Assembly (NCBI GenBank): GCA_963715195.1
Contig: CAVQRT010000031.1
Coordinates: forward strand, 271,143-335,142
Length of the DNA: 64,000 nucleotides
Reading direction: 5' to 3'
Origin: Thermodesulfovibrionales bacterium
GTDB lineage: Bacteria; Nitrospirota; Thermodesulfovibrionia; Thermodesulfovibrionales; SM23-35
Within the stretch, counting starts at the first letter, position 1, and every line of letters begins with the position of its first letter. Positions 19,782 to 30,372 of the stretch are shown piece by piece. The notes beneath the pieces were generated by a model. It was not told the origin of the DNA. It made no database searches and saw only the letters and a program-made list of their open reading frames with translations. The position numbers were made by a program, and so were the translations under genes.

Positions 19782-20157
19782 ATGGCAAAGGGAAAGAAGA
19801 GAATTGCGATCATTGGCGTGCAAAAATATCAAAGGGGTCTCTTGTGTCGGTGGTTGCCTGAAATGTTTTAAGGGAATCGCTGAGAGGGCCGGTGAGTATG
19901 AGCGCTGGAAAGATTATGATGTTGAAGTCATAGGAATGGACGATTGTGGCGGCTGCCCCGGTGTTATTATGCCCAAACTCCTTCTCATGAAAGATATGGG
20001 GAAGCTTTATGACAGAGATTTTGATGCAGTGCATCTCGGCACGTGTATTATGAAAGCGACTCAGACAGCAAAATGCCCGATCGATGTTGAAAAACTAAAA
20101 GGGCTGATTGAAACGAAGATGGGGAAAGAGGTTATTCTGGGCACACACGCTTATTAA
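19782..20157 (+). CDS. CGGC-domain protein (apparent +1 frameshift ~19815)
   Basis: AGGAGGT RBS, MAKGKKRIAII joins ACKNIKG...CLKCF...CGGCPG...HLGTC...GTH after removing one G. Confidence 0.8.
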
Positions 20158-20228
20158 ATCCATCATACGCTTTCATCGCATTTAATCAGGGCGGTCGGCG
20201 TTTTAATCTGTTTCTAATTGATGCTTCT

Positions 20229-20558
20229 ATGCAAAGGTTCAAGAAATATATAGGCAAAGACTTTATTCTCGGAAATGTAAAAGACACTGAAGCACTGAGG
20301 TCAACAGGTTTCCTCTGCGATAATATCCCTGATTCAATAGGAGATTTTGACGAACTCGAATTCTTATCGGAATGGGATGGAAAGCAACTTCTCATGTGTC
20401 TCGCAGTATTAACGGGAAAAGTCAAAAGAATCATGTTCGTTATGAGAAACAGTGAAGACCCTGATGATGTGAGACCACTGAGTGAAGGCGAACTGAGGGA
20501 TTTTCTGAATCAGAAAGGCGACCAGTTAGTCAGTTTTTTTGAAAGTATCACTCAGTGA
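20229..20558 (+). CDS. Hypothetical protein
   Basis: 109-aa ORF co-oriented with neighbours, protein-like composition. Confidence 0.6.
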   Translation: MQRFKKYIGKDFILGNVKDTEALRSTGFLCDNIPDSIGDFDELEFLSEWDGKQLLMCLAVLTGKVKRIMFVMRNSEDPDDVRPLSEGELRDFLNQKGDQLVSFFESITQ

Positions 20559-20627
20559 GGATACTGTATGATCTATCGATTATCCAAAGGTCTCAGCAGG
20601 ATTTGTGACATGAGGGTGAAAAATGTT

Positions 20628-20885
20628 ATGAAAAACCTCATACGGGGACTTTTTTGCTGCATGGTTATTTTGATGGGTTACTCGGCCCATGCCGGAAGCT
20701 GGGATCAATGCAAAGGTTGCCATGATGGGGCATTTGCTCCTGACGCGAAAGCTCTCAAACAAAAATACAAGACAGTGGACGATTTGATAAAGGCTGCGAA
20801 AAAGTCAGATGAGCCTCTGATGAATCGCTATAAACAGGATGAAGAGTTTCTGAGAAAGGCTGCAAAGGATATCGGCCTGCAATAG
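20628..20885 (+). CDS. Small monoheme cytochrome c
   Basis: Signal peptide, CKGCH, candidate distal Met; GAGGGTG RBS. Confidence 0.75.
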   Translation: MKNLIRGLFCCMVILMGYSAHAGSWDQCKGCHDGAFAPDAKALKQKYKTVDDLIKAAKKSDEPLMNRYKQDEEFLRKAAKDIGLQ

Positions 20886-20904
20886 TAAACACCGGGGGAA
20901 AATG

Positions 20905-22914
20905 TCACACCTGCATTTTCTGCAGTTCAGTCAGCAAATCATTCAGGACAGGATATTTATTCTTTGCCAAAGCTGCATCTTCTCCGAGTAATCTCAAGCC
21001 TTCCGGAACGTATTTCAGGAAATACTTCTTCCCCTTTGTGAAAGTTAAATATGCATATGCGCCAAGGGCCTGCATATGGCGCTGAAGGCGGCAAGGAAGC
21101 AGGGTTTCCCTGAATTCATTTTTCGTAATCCCCCCTAATCCTTTTTTATGAAATGGGGAATTTTTTTGGGGGATTACTTTATAGACATAATAATCAAGCA
21201 ATTTTTCCCTTAAGGCATCTTCGAGCCGGTAATACGGATCCCATAATAGTGAGACAACATCGTAGGCAGGGGGTCCGATTCTTGCTCCCTGATAATCCAG
21301 AATTCTTGGAATGCCGCCTTTGGTGATCATGATATTTTGTGACTGGAAATCACGATGAACAATTGTCTTTGGAAAAGAATCTACGGTCAAGGCGAGTTGG
21401 TGGAATTCCCCTTCAAGATATGCGAGAACCTTGCTATGAACTTCCATGAAGCTATGAACAAATCTTTCCAGAAAATAATTCGTTTCCCATCGGAGATGTT
21501 CATAATCAAAAACCCTATTATTAAGAAGCGGGCAATCATGCACATACGAGGATGCGGTTAAGTGAATTGAAATAAGGATGTCGAGAACCCTCCTGTATAT
21601 CTCTTCAACCTGCACTTCTGAACGCGGGCATCTCAGCCAACTGAAAAGAGACACGTCGCCGAGGTCCTCAAAGAGTGCTGTTTTCTTGTTAATGTCCGCA
21701 TCTATTAATTCAGGAACAGGAACGGAATATCTTCTCAAAAAGGTTGTATATTCTAAATGCCGCCGAAAGTCAGGATCGTTTTGATTACAGCGCATGTGTA
21801 CCACGGAATAACCGTTTTTTCTGATCCTGTAATATTTTCTATCGGATCCGCCGGCACCGATCAAGTACAAGTGATGATCTGCACTCTCATAGAGGTCTGA
21901 TTCCGCGAGTTGTACCTTGAATTGCCGACCGACTATGCAGTTTTCGAAAGGCCGGTTCTTGACAGGGAAAAGGCCGGGGTTTCCGGTAAGAACAATACAA
22001 TTTCTCAGTTGAACAGGTTTTGTTTTTGACCCTGAACCGCGGCCTTGTTCGATCTTTTTTGGGGGGCGATTACGTTGCCCTGAAAGATAACCTCTATCTT
22101 CAATAACAATAAAACCATCGAAATCAATATCACTGCACTCTTTTACTGACGGATGTATATACACTGTCTCACCTGTGTTTCTCAGCTTGTCAACAACAGC
22201 CTTCGCATAAGAAGCCGGTGTGCCGATGTCTGTCCAGTAGCAGCCGGTTACATCCACAGTCCCGATTCTGTGTCCGGCTGACATGGCATTGAACCATGCA
22301 TCAACGACGCTTGAATTGCCATTCGGGAGAAATTGCAGGAATTCAGGCTGGTAAAAAGCTATTCCGGTGAAGGCAACTGGGTTAGTTGGTTCTTTTCTCT
22401 TCCCCCTAAATCCCCTTACCCTCGAGGGGGGAGGAAAAGGGTGGGGATGTTTAATGATGTCTTTCAGAAAACCGTCTTTATCAATAATGAGTCTATTGAA
22501 TTCAGGATAATCATGAATTGCAAGGGTTGCGATGTTCCCCGATGAAAGATGGAACTCACAAAGTCTCTTCAAATCCATATCACAAATGATGTCTGCATTA
22601 TAGACAAGGAAAGGACCATTTTTGAGAAAATCCTCTGCGTTTTTTAAAGCACCCCCGGTGCCCAGAATAGGATCTTCGGGAAAGATGGAAATATTTTTCC
22701 CGTATGCGGAGTGTTCCAGCCAGTCCTTGATTGCCTGTTTCTTATGATGGAGATTAATCCCTATATCATGAACGGGTAAGGCGGCTATTCTTTCGAGGAC
22801 GGATTCCAAAACCGGTTTACCAAGAATCGGTAATAGTGGTTTGGGAATATATTGAGTGATGGGAAGAAGCCTCTCGCCGAGTCCTGCAGCAAGGATGAAT
22901 GCTGAGATGTTCAC
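20905..22914 (-). CDS. Nucleotidyltransferase-phosphotransferase fusion (MurU-like + AmgK-like)
   Basis: LAAGLGERL..PKPL N-terminus; C-terminal GGSDRKYYR, EDLGD, HRDFQSQN, LDYQG, QRHMQALG. Confidence 0.8.
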   Translation of the reverse strand: MNISAFILAAGLGERLLPITQYIPKPLLPILGKPVLESVLERIAALPVHDIGINLHHKKQAIKDWLEHSAYGKNISIFPEDPILGTGGALKNAEDFLKNGPFLVYNADIICDMDLKRLCEFHLSSGNIATLAIHDYPEFNRLIIDKDGFLKDIIKHPHPFPPPSRVRGFRGKRKEPTNPVAFTGIAFYQPEFLQFLPNGNSSVVDAWFNAMSAGHRIGTVDVTGCYWTDIGTPASYAKAVVDKLRNTGETVYIHPSVKECSDIDFDGFIVIEDRGYLSGQRNRPPKKIEQGRGSGSKTKPVQLRNCIVLTGNPGLFPVKNRPFENCIVGRQFKVQLAESDLYESADHHLYLIGAGGSDRKYYRIRKNGYSVVHMRCNQNDPDFRRHLEYTTFLRRYSVPVPELIDADINKKTALFEDLGDVSLFSWLRCPRSEVQVEEIYRRVLDILISIHLTASSYVHDCPLLNNRVFDYEHLRWETNYFLERFVHSFMEVHSKVLAYLEGEFHQLALTVDSFPKTIVHRDFQSQNIMITKGGIPRILDYQGARIGPPAYDVVSLLWDPYYRLEDALREKLLDYYVYKVIPQKNSPFHKKGLGGITKNEFRETLLPCRLQRHMQALGAYAYLTFTKGKKYFLKYVPEGLRLLGEDAALAKNKYPVLNDLLTELQKMQV

Positions 22915-22924
22915 GGTATTTTTA

Positions 22925-23011
22925 TGTCATTTCGACTTGATCGGAATCTTTCTTGGATTGCTTTATCATAGAGGATTCATGAAGAAGGATTCCAGACAAG
23001 CTGGAATGAAA
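22925..23011. repeat. REP-like paired palindrome (GTCA family)
   Basis: tgtcatttcgacttgatcggaatc ... gattccagacaagctggaatga. Confidence 0.7.
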
Positions 23012-23103
23012 GATTGTATACATTATCATTATAAGAGCATACTCTTCTTATTAAAATCCCACTTTTATAAAGGAGATATTAGGGGGATTACTGAATGAAT
23101 TAC

Positions 23104-24288
23104 TCAATCATATAGTAAATACTTTTTTCTCATATTCTTATTAAACTGAATACATTCCTTCTGCCACCATGCTTCCATGCGATCTAATGACACACTGTTT
23201 TCGATATCCCGCCGCAACCTGTCTGTGCCGGCAAGGATATCAACAGGCATTTTCTCATATTCATACTCATAAGGAGGTTGTTTCCATGCAAATTGGTCCG
23301 GATATAAATCGTGTATTGCTTTTATCACAGCAGCTCCTGTTTTCAGCGGTCTGAATTTTTCCCTGTCGGTGACATGGATCTGGGCTCCTCCACATAATCT
23401 GCCGGCATATTTTTGAAAAGTGGGCTGAAAATACACCGGCCTGAAAATTACCCCGGATATTTGATGTTTCTTGAGACGTCCGACAAGCAGATCAGGGTCA
23501 ATAAACGGCGCGCCAAATAATTCGAAAGGTCTTGTTGTGCCTCTGCCTTCGCTTATATTGGTTCCTTCAAGAAGACACATGCCGGGATACACCATCGCGG
23601 TATCCTGCGTCGGCATATTCGGAGATGGCATAACCCAGGGGCATCCGGTTTGATCAAACCACATCCTTCTCTCCCAGCCTTGCATAGAAATGACATGAAA
23701 ATCGAGCGATGGATAGTATTCACCGTGGAGATAGTTTCCTATTTCACCGATTGTCATCCCGTGACGCACAGGAATGGGATGCCGGCCAACAAACGAGGCA
23801 AATGTTTTGTTCAAAACAGGACCTTCGGTGAGATGTCCGCCTATCGGATTCGGCCTGTCAAGTACGACAACCGATTTATTCATTTCTGTACAAGCCTGCA
23901 TGCAGAGGTCCATCGTCCATATAAACGTATAGTAACGGGAACCAATATCCTGCAGATCTATGAGCATTCCATCCAAATTTTTCAGCATGGAAGTATCAGG
24001 TTTGCGGTTTCTCCCATAGAGGCTGAAGACGGGCAGGTCTGTTTTTCTGTCATGAAATCCTTCCCATTCAACCATATTGTCTTGTGTCTCACCACGAATT
24101 CCATGTTGCGGGCCGAAAAGGGCTTTGAGTTCAAATTGTTTGGATTTGTGTATCAAGCAGGCGGTATGCTCCAGATTCCTGTTTACTGATGCAGGATGTA
24201 CCAGGAGGCCTACCCTGGCTTTCCTCAGGCTGCGCGGCCATTTTTCCCCGAAGAGATCAATCCCTGATTTTACAGGAAGAAGAGGCAT
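23104..24288 (-). CDS. namZ: Exo-beta-N-acetylmuramidase NamZ family (DUF1343)
   Basis: LFGPQHG, SLYG, DLQDIGSRYYT, LDRPNP, PSPNMP, SEGRGT motifs. Confidence 0.88.
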   Translation of the reverse strand: MPLLPVKSGIDLFGEKWPRSLRKARVGLLVHPASVNRNLEHTACLIHKSKQFELKALFGPQHGIRGETQDNMVEWEGFHDRKTDLPVFSLYGRNRKPDTSMLKNLDGMLIDLQDIGSRYYTFIWTMDLCMQACTEMNKSVVVLDRPNPIGGHLTEGPVLNKTFASFVGRHPIPVRHGMTIGEIGNYLHGEYYPSLDFHVISMQGWERRMWFDQTGCPWVMPSPNMPTQDTAMVYPGMCLLEGTNISEGRGTTRPFELFGAPFIDPDLLVGRLKKHQISGVIFRPVYFQPTFQKYAGRLCGGAQIHVTDREKFRPLKTGAAVIKAIHDLYPDQFAWKQPPYEYEYEKMPVDILAGTDRLRRDIENSVSLDRMEAWWQKECIQFNKNMRKKYLLYD

Positions 24289-24294
24289 AGGATA

Positions 24295-25050
24295 TTACGG
24301 AATCGTGTCAATTGAGGCGAAAGCCGGTTCATGCAGAGGCAGTATAATGTCTGCCATATCCCGAACTTTCAGGACGATATCGTAGGCTTCATAGACATTG
24401 ACGACTGTCCCCGGAGGGATGACTTCCATTTCCATAGCACGTATCTTCGGGGGAGGATTGAAATTTTCCATGATGAGGCAGAAACCTGTAATTGCTGCTT
24501 TCCCCTTTTCAGTATTGATCAAAACAGTCATGCCACCCTCGGTATGTGCTGGCGTATGTACCATGGTAATCCCCGGCAGGATTTCCGTATCATCTGAGAG
24601 GAGCTTAATCTGACCATTCTTTTCGGTATCAATGATAAAATCCTCATTATATCGGATGTCGAGGGGATGCACATTGTGTATTCGCTCAATTTCTTTTTGA
24701 TGAACATAGAAAGTAGCATTTTTACATTTGTCATCATTCTCGCAATGATCATTATGCAGGTGAGTGTGTATGACAATATCGATATCTTCCGGCTTTAACC
24801 CCCAACGGCTTAACCCTTCCTCAAATGTGTAGATTTTTCCGCCGATCGCCTCTTCCCGCTCTCTTGATTTAAAGGGTGCCATTTCTCCGGTATCAACCAA
24901 TATTTTCCGATCGCCCCCCTCGATATACCAGCAGTAGATGGGTATGGTGTATAGCTTTCCATAGTCGTGTTGGTAAGTCATCATCCCTTTATCAAAAACC
25001 TTTGTACCCATTACGATGGGATGAATGCGGTAATTGTATGGTCTACTCAT
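24295..25050 (-). CDS. N-acyl homoserine lactonase-family MBL-fold hydrolase
   Basis: VDTG, THLHNDH, TPAHT, PLHEP motifs. Confidence 0.8.
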   Translation of the reverse strand: MSRPYNYRIHPIVMGTKVFDKGMMTYQHDYGKLYTIPIYCWYIEGGDRKILVDTGEMAPFKSREREEAIGGKIYTFEEGLSRWGLKPEDIDIVIHTHLHNDHCENDDKCKNATFYVHQKEIERIHNVHPLDIRYNEDFIIDTEKNGQIKLLSDDTEILPGITMVHTPAHTEGGMTVLINTEKGKAAITGFCLIMENFNPPPKIRAMEMEVIPPGTVVNVYEAYDIVLKVRDMADIILPLHEPAFASIDTIP

Positions 25051-25258
25051 TTGTCCATCCATATAAGCAAAGGCTATATAATTTTTGTTTGTTAATCAAA
25101 AATTTGCATCGTGTAGCGTATTATTCATGCTGCCATAATTTGGATTTTCCCGACCATAATGATATACAAGTTACATGGTGTGCATACCTTGACAATACCA
25201 CATATTGCTGTTAAATTTAACTAGAGCCTATATCAGAGCAGTAATATCGGCTGGAATC

Positions 25259-25353
25259 CGTCACCCCCGCGAAGGCGGGGGGGCCACTTAAAGCCTTTAA
25301 CACATGGATTCCCGCCGGAGTTTACCCTCGTGAAGACGGTGGCGGGAATGGCA
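25259..25353. repeat. REP-like paired palindrome (GTCA family)
   Basis: cgtcacccccgcgaaggcgggg ... tggattcccgcc...ggcgggaatggca. Confidence 0.65.
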
Positions 25354-25469
25354 ACCGCTTGAGGATCTATAATAAAAAAGGAATTTTGATATGGGTTCAC
25401 GTAATAACGGTGAGATGGCTTAAGAAAAATCATATGAGCAGATCTCTACAGTAGAATTGGAGGATAAAT

Positions 25470-25910
25470 ATGTCAGAGGATATCAAAGCAAACGTTTTGT
25501 TAGTTGATGATGAGGAACAGTTTCTGAAGGTATTTTCCCAGAGACTGGAAAGCAGAGGCATGAAAGTTGACACCTCTGCAAGCGGTGAAGATGCCCTTAA
25601 GAAGGTTCACGGCAAGGACTTTGATGCAATTATTCTTGATATGGTTATGCCCGGCATGAGCGGTATAGAAACACTAAAGCGAATTCAGGCTGAAAACCCT
25701 GACATGCAAATTATCATCCTTACCGGTCATGGAACGATAGAAAAAGGTGTAGAGGCAATGAAATCAGGAGCAGTTGATTTTCTGGAAAAGCCTGCCGACC
25801 TCAAAAAGATTATGGAAAAAATTTCTGAAGCCAAGCACAACAGAATTGTTCTCGTTGAGAAAAAGCACGAGGAAAATGTGAAGGAGATATTACAGAGTAA
25901 GGGCTGGTAA
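25470..25910 (+). CDS. Response regulator receiver protein
   Basis: LLVDDE, LDMVMPG, LTGHG, KP motifs. Confidence 0.92.
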   Translation: MSEDIKANVLLVDDEEQFLKVFSQRLESRGMKVDTSASGEDALKKVHGKDFDAIILDMVMPGMSGIETLKRIQAENPDMQIIILTGHGTIEKGVEAMKSGAVDFLEKPADLKKIMEKISEAKHNRIVLVEKKHEENVKEILQSKGW

Positions 25911-25922
25911 GTGTTGTAATGC

Positions 25923-25945
25923 CGGTCAAGAAGATATCTTGACCG
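25923..25945 (+). terminator. Hairpin, possible terminator or operator
   Basis: Perfect 9-bp IR cggtcaaga/tcttgaccg after stop codon, weak T-tract. Confidence 0.4.
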
Positions 25946-26239
25946 TATTCTTCAGGCTGATCTTTAATTCGAGACCATTTTTTCTGAATTTTTTGAATGT
26001 GTGAAGGGTGCGCGAGGCACCAGTGCGAATAGATTTCGTCTTTGTATAGACGTATTGATCATCATTTTCCTTTGTCATCTAAAGAGAAAGGAGTTGTTGT
26101 TTTCTCTTCAAAACTCTTTGTGAAGGACTCTTCTGAAAATGATTTATCTAAAAAGTATGGTCTGTGTTATGGCTTTAATTCAATGAAATCTACAAAAAAC
26201 AGAGACAAAAATATTGCGGTAGATACGAAAAAGAAAAAA

Positions 26240-28481
26240 ATGAAATGCTGGGAAATCTTTGCAATGCGAAAAGCAGGATTGCCCGGTGTTTCAGTCAAAA
26301 ATTAAAAATTGCTGGTTAATTTCAGGAACTCTTTGCCGGGATTCAATTCAGGGTAAATTTTTGGAAAAAATGGAGATGTGCCTTTCCTGCGAGGCATTTC
26401 AAGAAAATCATGACCTTTCCACATTGAAGGCTACACTTGATACTGTCAATAAACAGTTTACAGAATTCCGGAGGATTATTGACGACAGGGATAACGAACT
26501 GGAACTTATGAGCATGGAATTGGCCATAAGTCTTTCTGAAGTCTTCGAGGCACTCAAGCGGATTTCTTCCGGAGACCCCTCGGTCAGATTATTTGAGGAA
26601 TCATCAATAGAGCTCATCAGCAAATTAAAACATCTTGTCAATTTAACTGCCGAGGAAATCGGAGAAATTGTAGATCAATCCCATGAATTTGCTATAGTTC
26701 TTGCCGAACATTTCGATGTGCTCCATAAGGTTTCGAAGGGAGATTTGGATGCACGGGTGGCAGGAAAATCACAGATCGAGCTTCTGGAATCCTTGCAGAA
26801 AGTAACAAATGAAATGATTGAGAGCATTCAAGGTGAAATCGCAAAACGCAAGCAGGCGGACTCAGAGTTAAAGCTAGCCTATGATGAACTTGAGAATAAA
26901 GTACATGAACGCACCGCAGCGTTGAGATTAATAAATGAGAAACTCCTGCAAGAGATAGCGGAACGAAAAAGGATTGAAAGTAATCTCCGGGAGGCAGAGG
27001 TGCGCTATCAGACGGTTGCAGATTTTACTTTTGCATGGGAATATTGGGAAATGCCCGAGGGTAAAATAAGTTATATGTCTCCTTCAGGTGAACGAATCTC
27101 CGGATATAAAGTGGAGCAATTTGTTGACAATCCAAACTTCCTCTCAGAGATTATCGTACCTGCAGACAAAGATATCTGGGTGCAACATCGCCACGATGCT
27201 CGTTCAGATATGCGTCCAAGAGATATTATGTTCCGGATCAGGAAAAAAGATGGCACGGTATGCTGGATTGAACATATCTGTCAACCGGTAATCGATGGCG
27301 AGGGCACGTTTTTAGGCATCCGTGCTAGTAACCGTGACATAACCTTGCGAAAGGAAACCGAGGAAAAACTGAGAGATACTCTTTCATTGCTTAGTGCTAC
27401 GATTGAATCAACTGCCGATGGTATCCTTGTTGTGGATATGGAAGGGAGCATAGTCATTTATAATCAAAAATTTTTGGAGATGTGGCATATCCCGTATTCA
27501 GTCATAAAGGAACGGGATGATAAGAAAACACTCTCATTCGTCCTTGATCAATTGAGGAATCCTGAAGAATTTTTTAAAAGAGTCAGGGAATTATATGAGC
27601 ACCCTGAAGCAGTGAGCTTCGATGTGCTTGCCTTCGAGGATGGGAGGGTTTTTGAGCGTTATTCTCACCCACAGAAAATCGGAGACGAGATTATTGGAAG
27701 GGTATGGAGTTTCCGAGATGTTACGGAACGGAAACAAGCAGAAAAGGCATTACGGGAATCCGAGCAGTTATTACTGCAGGCACATAAAATGGAAGCGATC
27801 GGACGACTTGCAGCCGGTGTCGCACATGAAATCAATAATCCTCTTGCTGTCATCAATGAGAAGGCAGGTCTGATGAAAGATTTTCTTGAGTTATCCGGGG
27901 ATTTTCAACAGCATAAAGAAAAATTTATTTCGTTAATCCAGGGGATTTTCGACAGTGTAGGGCGCTGTCGGACAATCACTCATCGTCTTCTTGGTTTTTC
28001 AAGGCGTGTTGATGCATTGCTCGAAACATTTGATTTGAACCTCATCGTCAGAGAGGTTATCGATTTTGTTGAAAAGGAGCTTTTATACAAGAATGTTCAG
28101 GTGAAAATGACCTTTGCTGAGGATCTGACCCATATCGAAAGCGACAAAGGCAAGCTTCAGCAGGTAATTCTCAACATCCTGAATAATGCTGTTGATGCAG
28201 TTGAAAAGGGAGGTACCATCGAAGTTCAGACCGGCATAAAAGACGAACATACAGCGACTGTATCGATTATCGATAATGGCCACGGGATACCCGAAAGCAT
28301 ACTGAACCATATTTTTGAACCTTTTTTTACGACCAAAGAAAAGGATAAAGGTACCGGGCTCGGGCTTTCGATATCCTATGGGATTATGAAAAAATTAGGA
28401 GGTACTATTTCTGTCCGGAGCAAGGTCAATGAGGGAACTACTTTTCTAATCGAGGTACCCCGCAGAGCAAAAACTGAGTGA
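26240..28481 (+). CDS. Cytoplasmic PAS-domain sensor histidine kinase with N-terminal Cys/Trp-rich (two-CW-like) domain; apparent +1 frameshift ~26261
   Basis: MKCWEIF joins QCEKQDCPV...NCW...C...CLSC; two PAS-like regions; AHEINNPL H-box; NAVDA, DNGHG, GTGLGL. Confidence 0.85.
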
Positions 28482-28492
28482 GGAGGTCGCCA

Positions 28493-28867
28493 TTGTCTCA
28501 AATAAGAGTGCTCCTCGTTGACGATGAAGTTGAATTTGCGTTAGCCTTAGCGGAACGATTAAAGTTACGCAATTTCGATACACAAGCTGTTTCCAATGCT
28601 GAAGATGCAATAACGGAAGTTCGAAATAATCCTCCTGATATTGTGCTGCTTGATTACAGGATGCCTGGTACGGATGGTATAGGAACCCTGAAGATCATTA
28701 AAGAAATAAATCCCTCCATCGAGGTTATTATGTTGACAGGCCTCCAGGATAATCTCAGCATGGAAGAGGGAATAAAGAGCGGTGTTTTTGAATATTTGGT
28801 GAAGCCCGTAGATATTGAGGAATTGATGATAAAGATCAAGCTTGCTCAGAAGAAAAGGCAGGGTTGA
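28493..28867 (+). CDS. Single-domain response regulator
   Basis: LLVDDE, LDYRMPG, KP; AGGAGGT RBS with TTG start. Confidence 0.9.
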   Translation: MSQIRVLLVDDEVEFALALAERLKLRNFDTQAVSNAEDAITEVRNNPPDIVLLDYRMPGTDGIGTLKIIKEINPSIEVIMLTGLQDNLSMEEGIKSGVFEYLVKPVDIEELMIKIKLAQKKRQG

Positions 28868-29092
28868 AGTCAGCATATGCCTGCAAACTCTTGATTTCTT
28901 GTTTCTTGTCCGGAAGCCAGACCCTTCAATATAACATTCCAGAAAGCTTGTCCCATCGTTCGTTCGGTTCCAAATAAACTCAAAAGAACCCCGATAACAA
29001 AGTTATTGACTTTTTTGAAAGAACTATGATATTTTTGCACCTATCCAACAGGTAGTACCAGTTCTCATTAGAATTCAGGAAGGGGAACATTT

Positions 29093-30351
29093 ATGAGTGA
29101 TTCAACAGGTTGGGATTGGGACACAAAAGAAAAATTAGTAGCAAACATTGATGAGTGGAGAAAAAAATATTATGCCATCCGTGATCTTGTCCCCAGTGAT
29201 GACGGCGAAAAAATGGCCACGATCGTTAAGAACGAAGACCGCAGATTTACCACCTGCGTCAATGGCGACGTATGGGAAGAAACCTTCGAGAGGGTCTATT
29301 CATTAAAATTCACCCCGGACGGTCAGCTCGTTTCGCTTACGTACAGAGACTATGAATGGGCCGTCGCAGTCGATCACGAGATGTGGGAGGAAAAGTTCGA
29401 TTACCTGTGGAATCTTACCATAAGTCCTGATGGCAAAAGCATTGCAGTCAATATACGAACAGGTGAGATGACAAGCGGGGTTTGTCTGAACGGGAAGACG
29501 TGGGAAAACAATTTCCCCGAGGCGAGAGATCTCATGTTAAGTCCTGACGGAAAAAGGACTGCATCTCATGTTCAGGTAACCCCGCGTGCCGAACTAGATA
29601 TCCACGGTTTTTTAAAGAAAAATTGGACAGTTGCCGTGGATGGGACTACCTGGGACACCACCTTCTTGACAGCTTGGGGGTCTGCTTTCAGTGACGACAG
29701 CAATCATGTGGCTGCTATAGGAATGACAGACTTGTCTCAGTACACGATCGTTGTTGACGGCAACCCTTGGGAGCAGGTTTATTCGGCGCTGTATGGGAGC
29801 CAATTTTCAAGCCCAAGAGTACTGATGTTATTGCCCCTGTGCAGACACCCAAGGGCTGGACTCTTGCAATGAACGGAAAACCGATATGGAGTAATTTTTC
29901 GCAGGTATGGAAGCAAACATATAGTCCTGATGGTAAATTGGCAGCTGTTGTTGCGGTTGATGTCGGGAAATGGACGGTAGCAGTTGATGGTATACCATGG
30001 AATGCTGTGTACAACCAGATGGTGTTATCCCCGATATTCAGTCCTGACGGGAAAAAGGTTGCGGCTGTAGTTAAAAATAATAATCGATGGACAGTTTCTG
30101 TGGATGGCGCTGTATGGTCAGAAACCTTCGATAACATATGGGATCCGGTTTTTAGTCCGGGTAGCGATATCCTGATAGCAAAGGCTGAGAAAAACGGAAG
30201 ATATTTTGTTACGGTGAATGGAAAAATCGGGAAGAAGGATTATGAGTGGCTCTGGAACCCCGTTTTTAATTCCGATGGGACAAAAATCCTGATCAGAGCT
30301 ATGGATAAAGGTAAGTATTACCGCAGAATAGTGTCTGTAAACGAAATCTAA
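29093..30351 (+). CDS. tmcD: TmcD-like Trp-rich beta-repeat protein (one frameshift ~29780)
   Basis: WDW N-terminus and repeated W-x-V-x-V-D/N-G..W and SPDG units across two overlapping ORFs; precedes tmcC-like gene. Confidence 0.75.
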
Positions 30352-30372
30352 ATTACATAGGTAGGGGAAATT

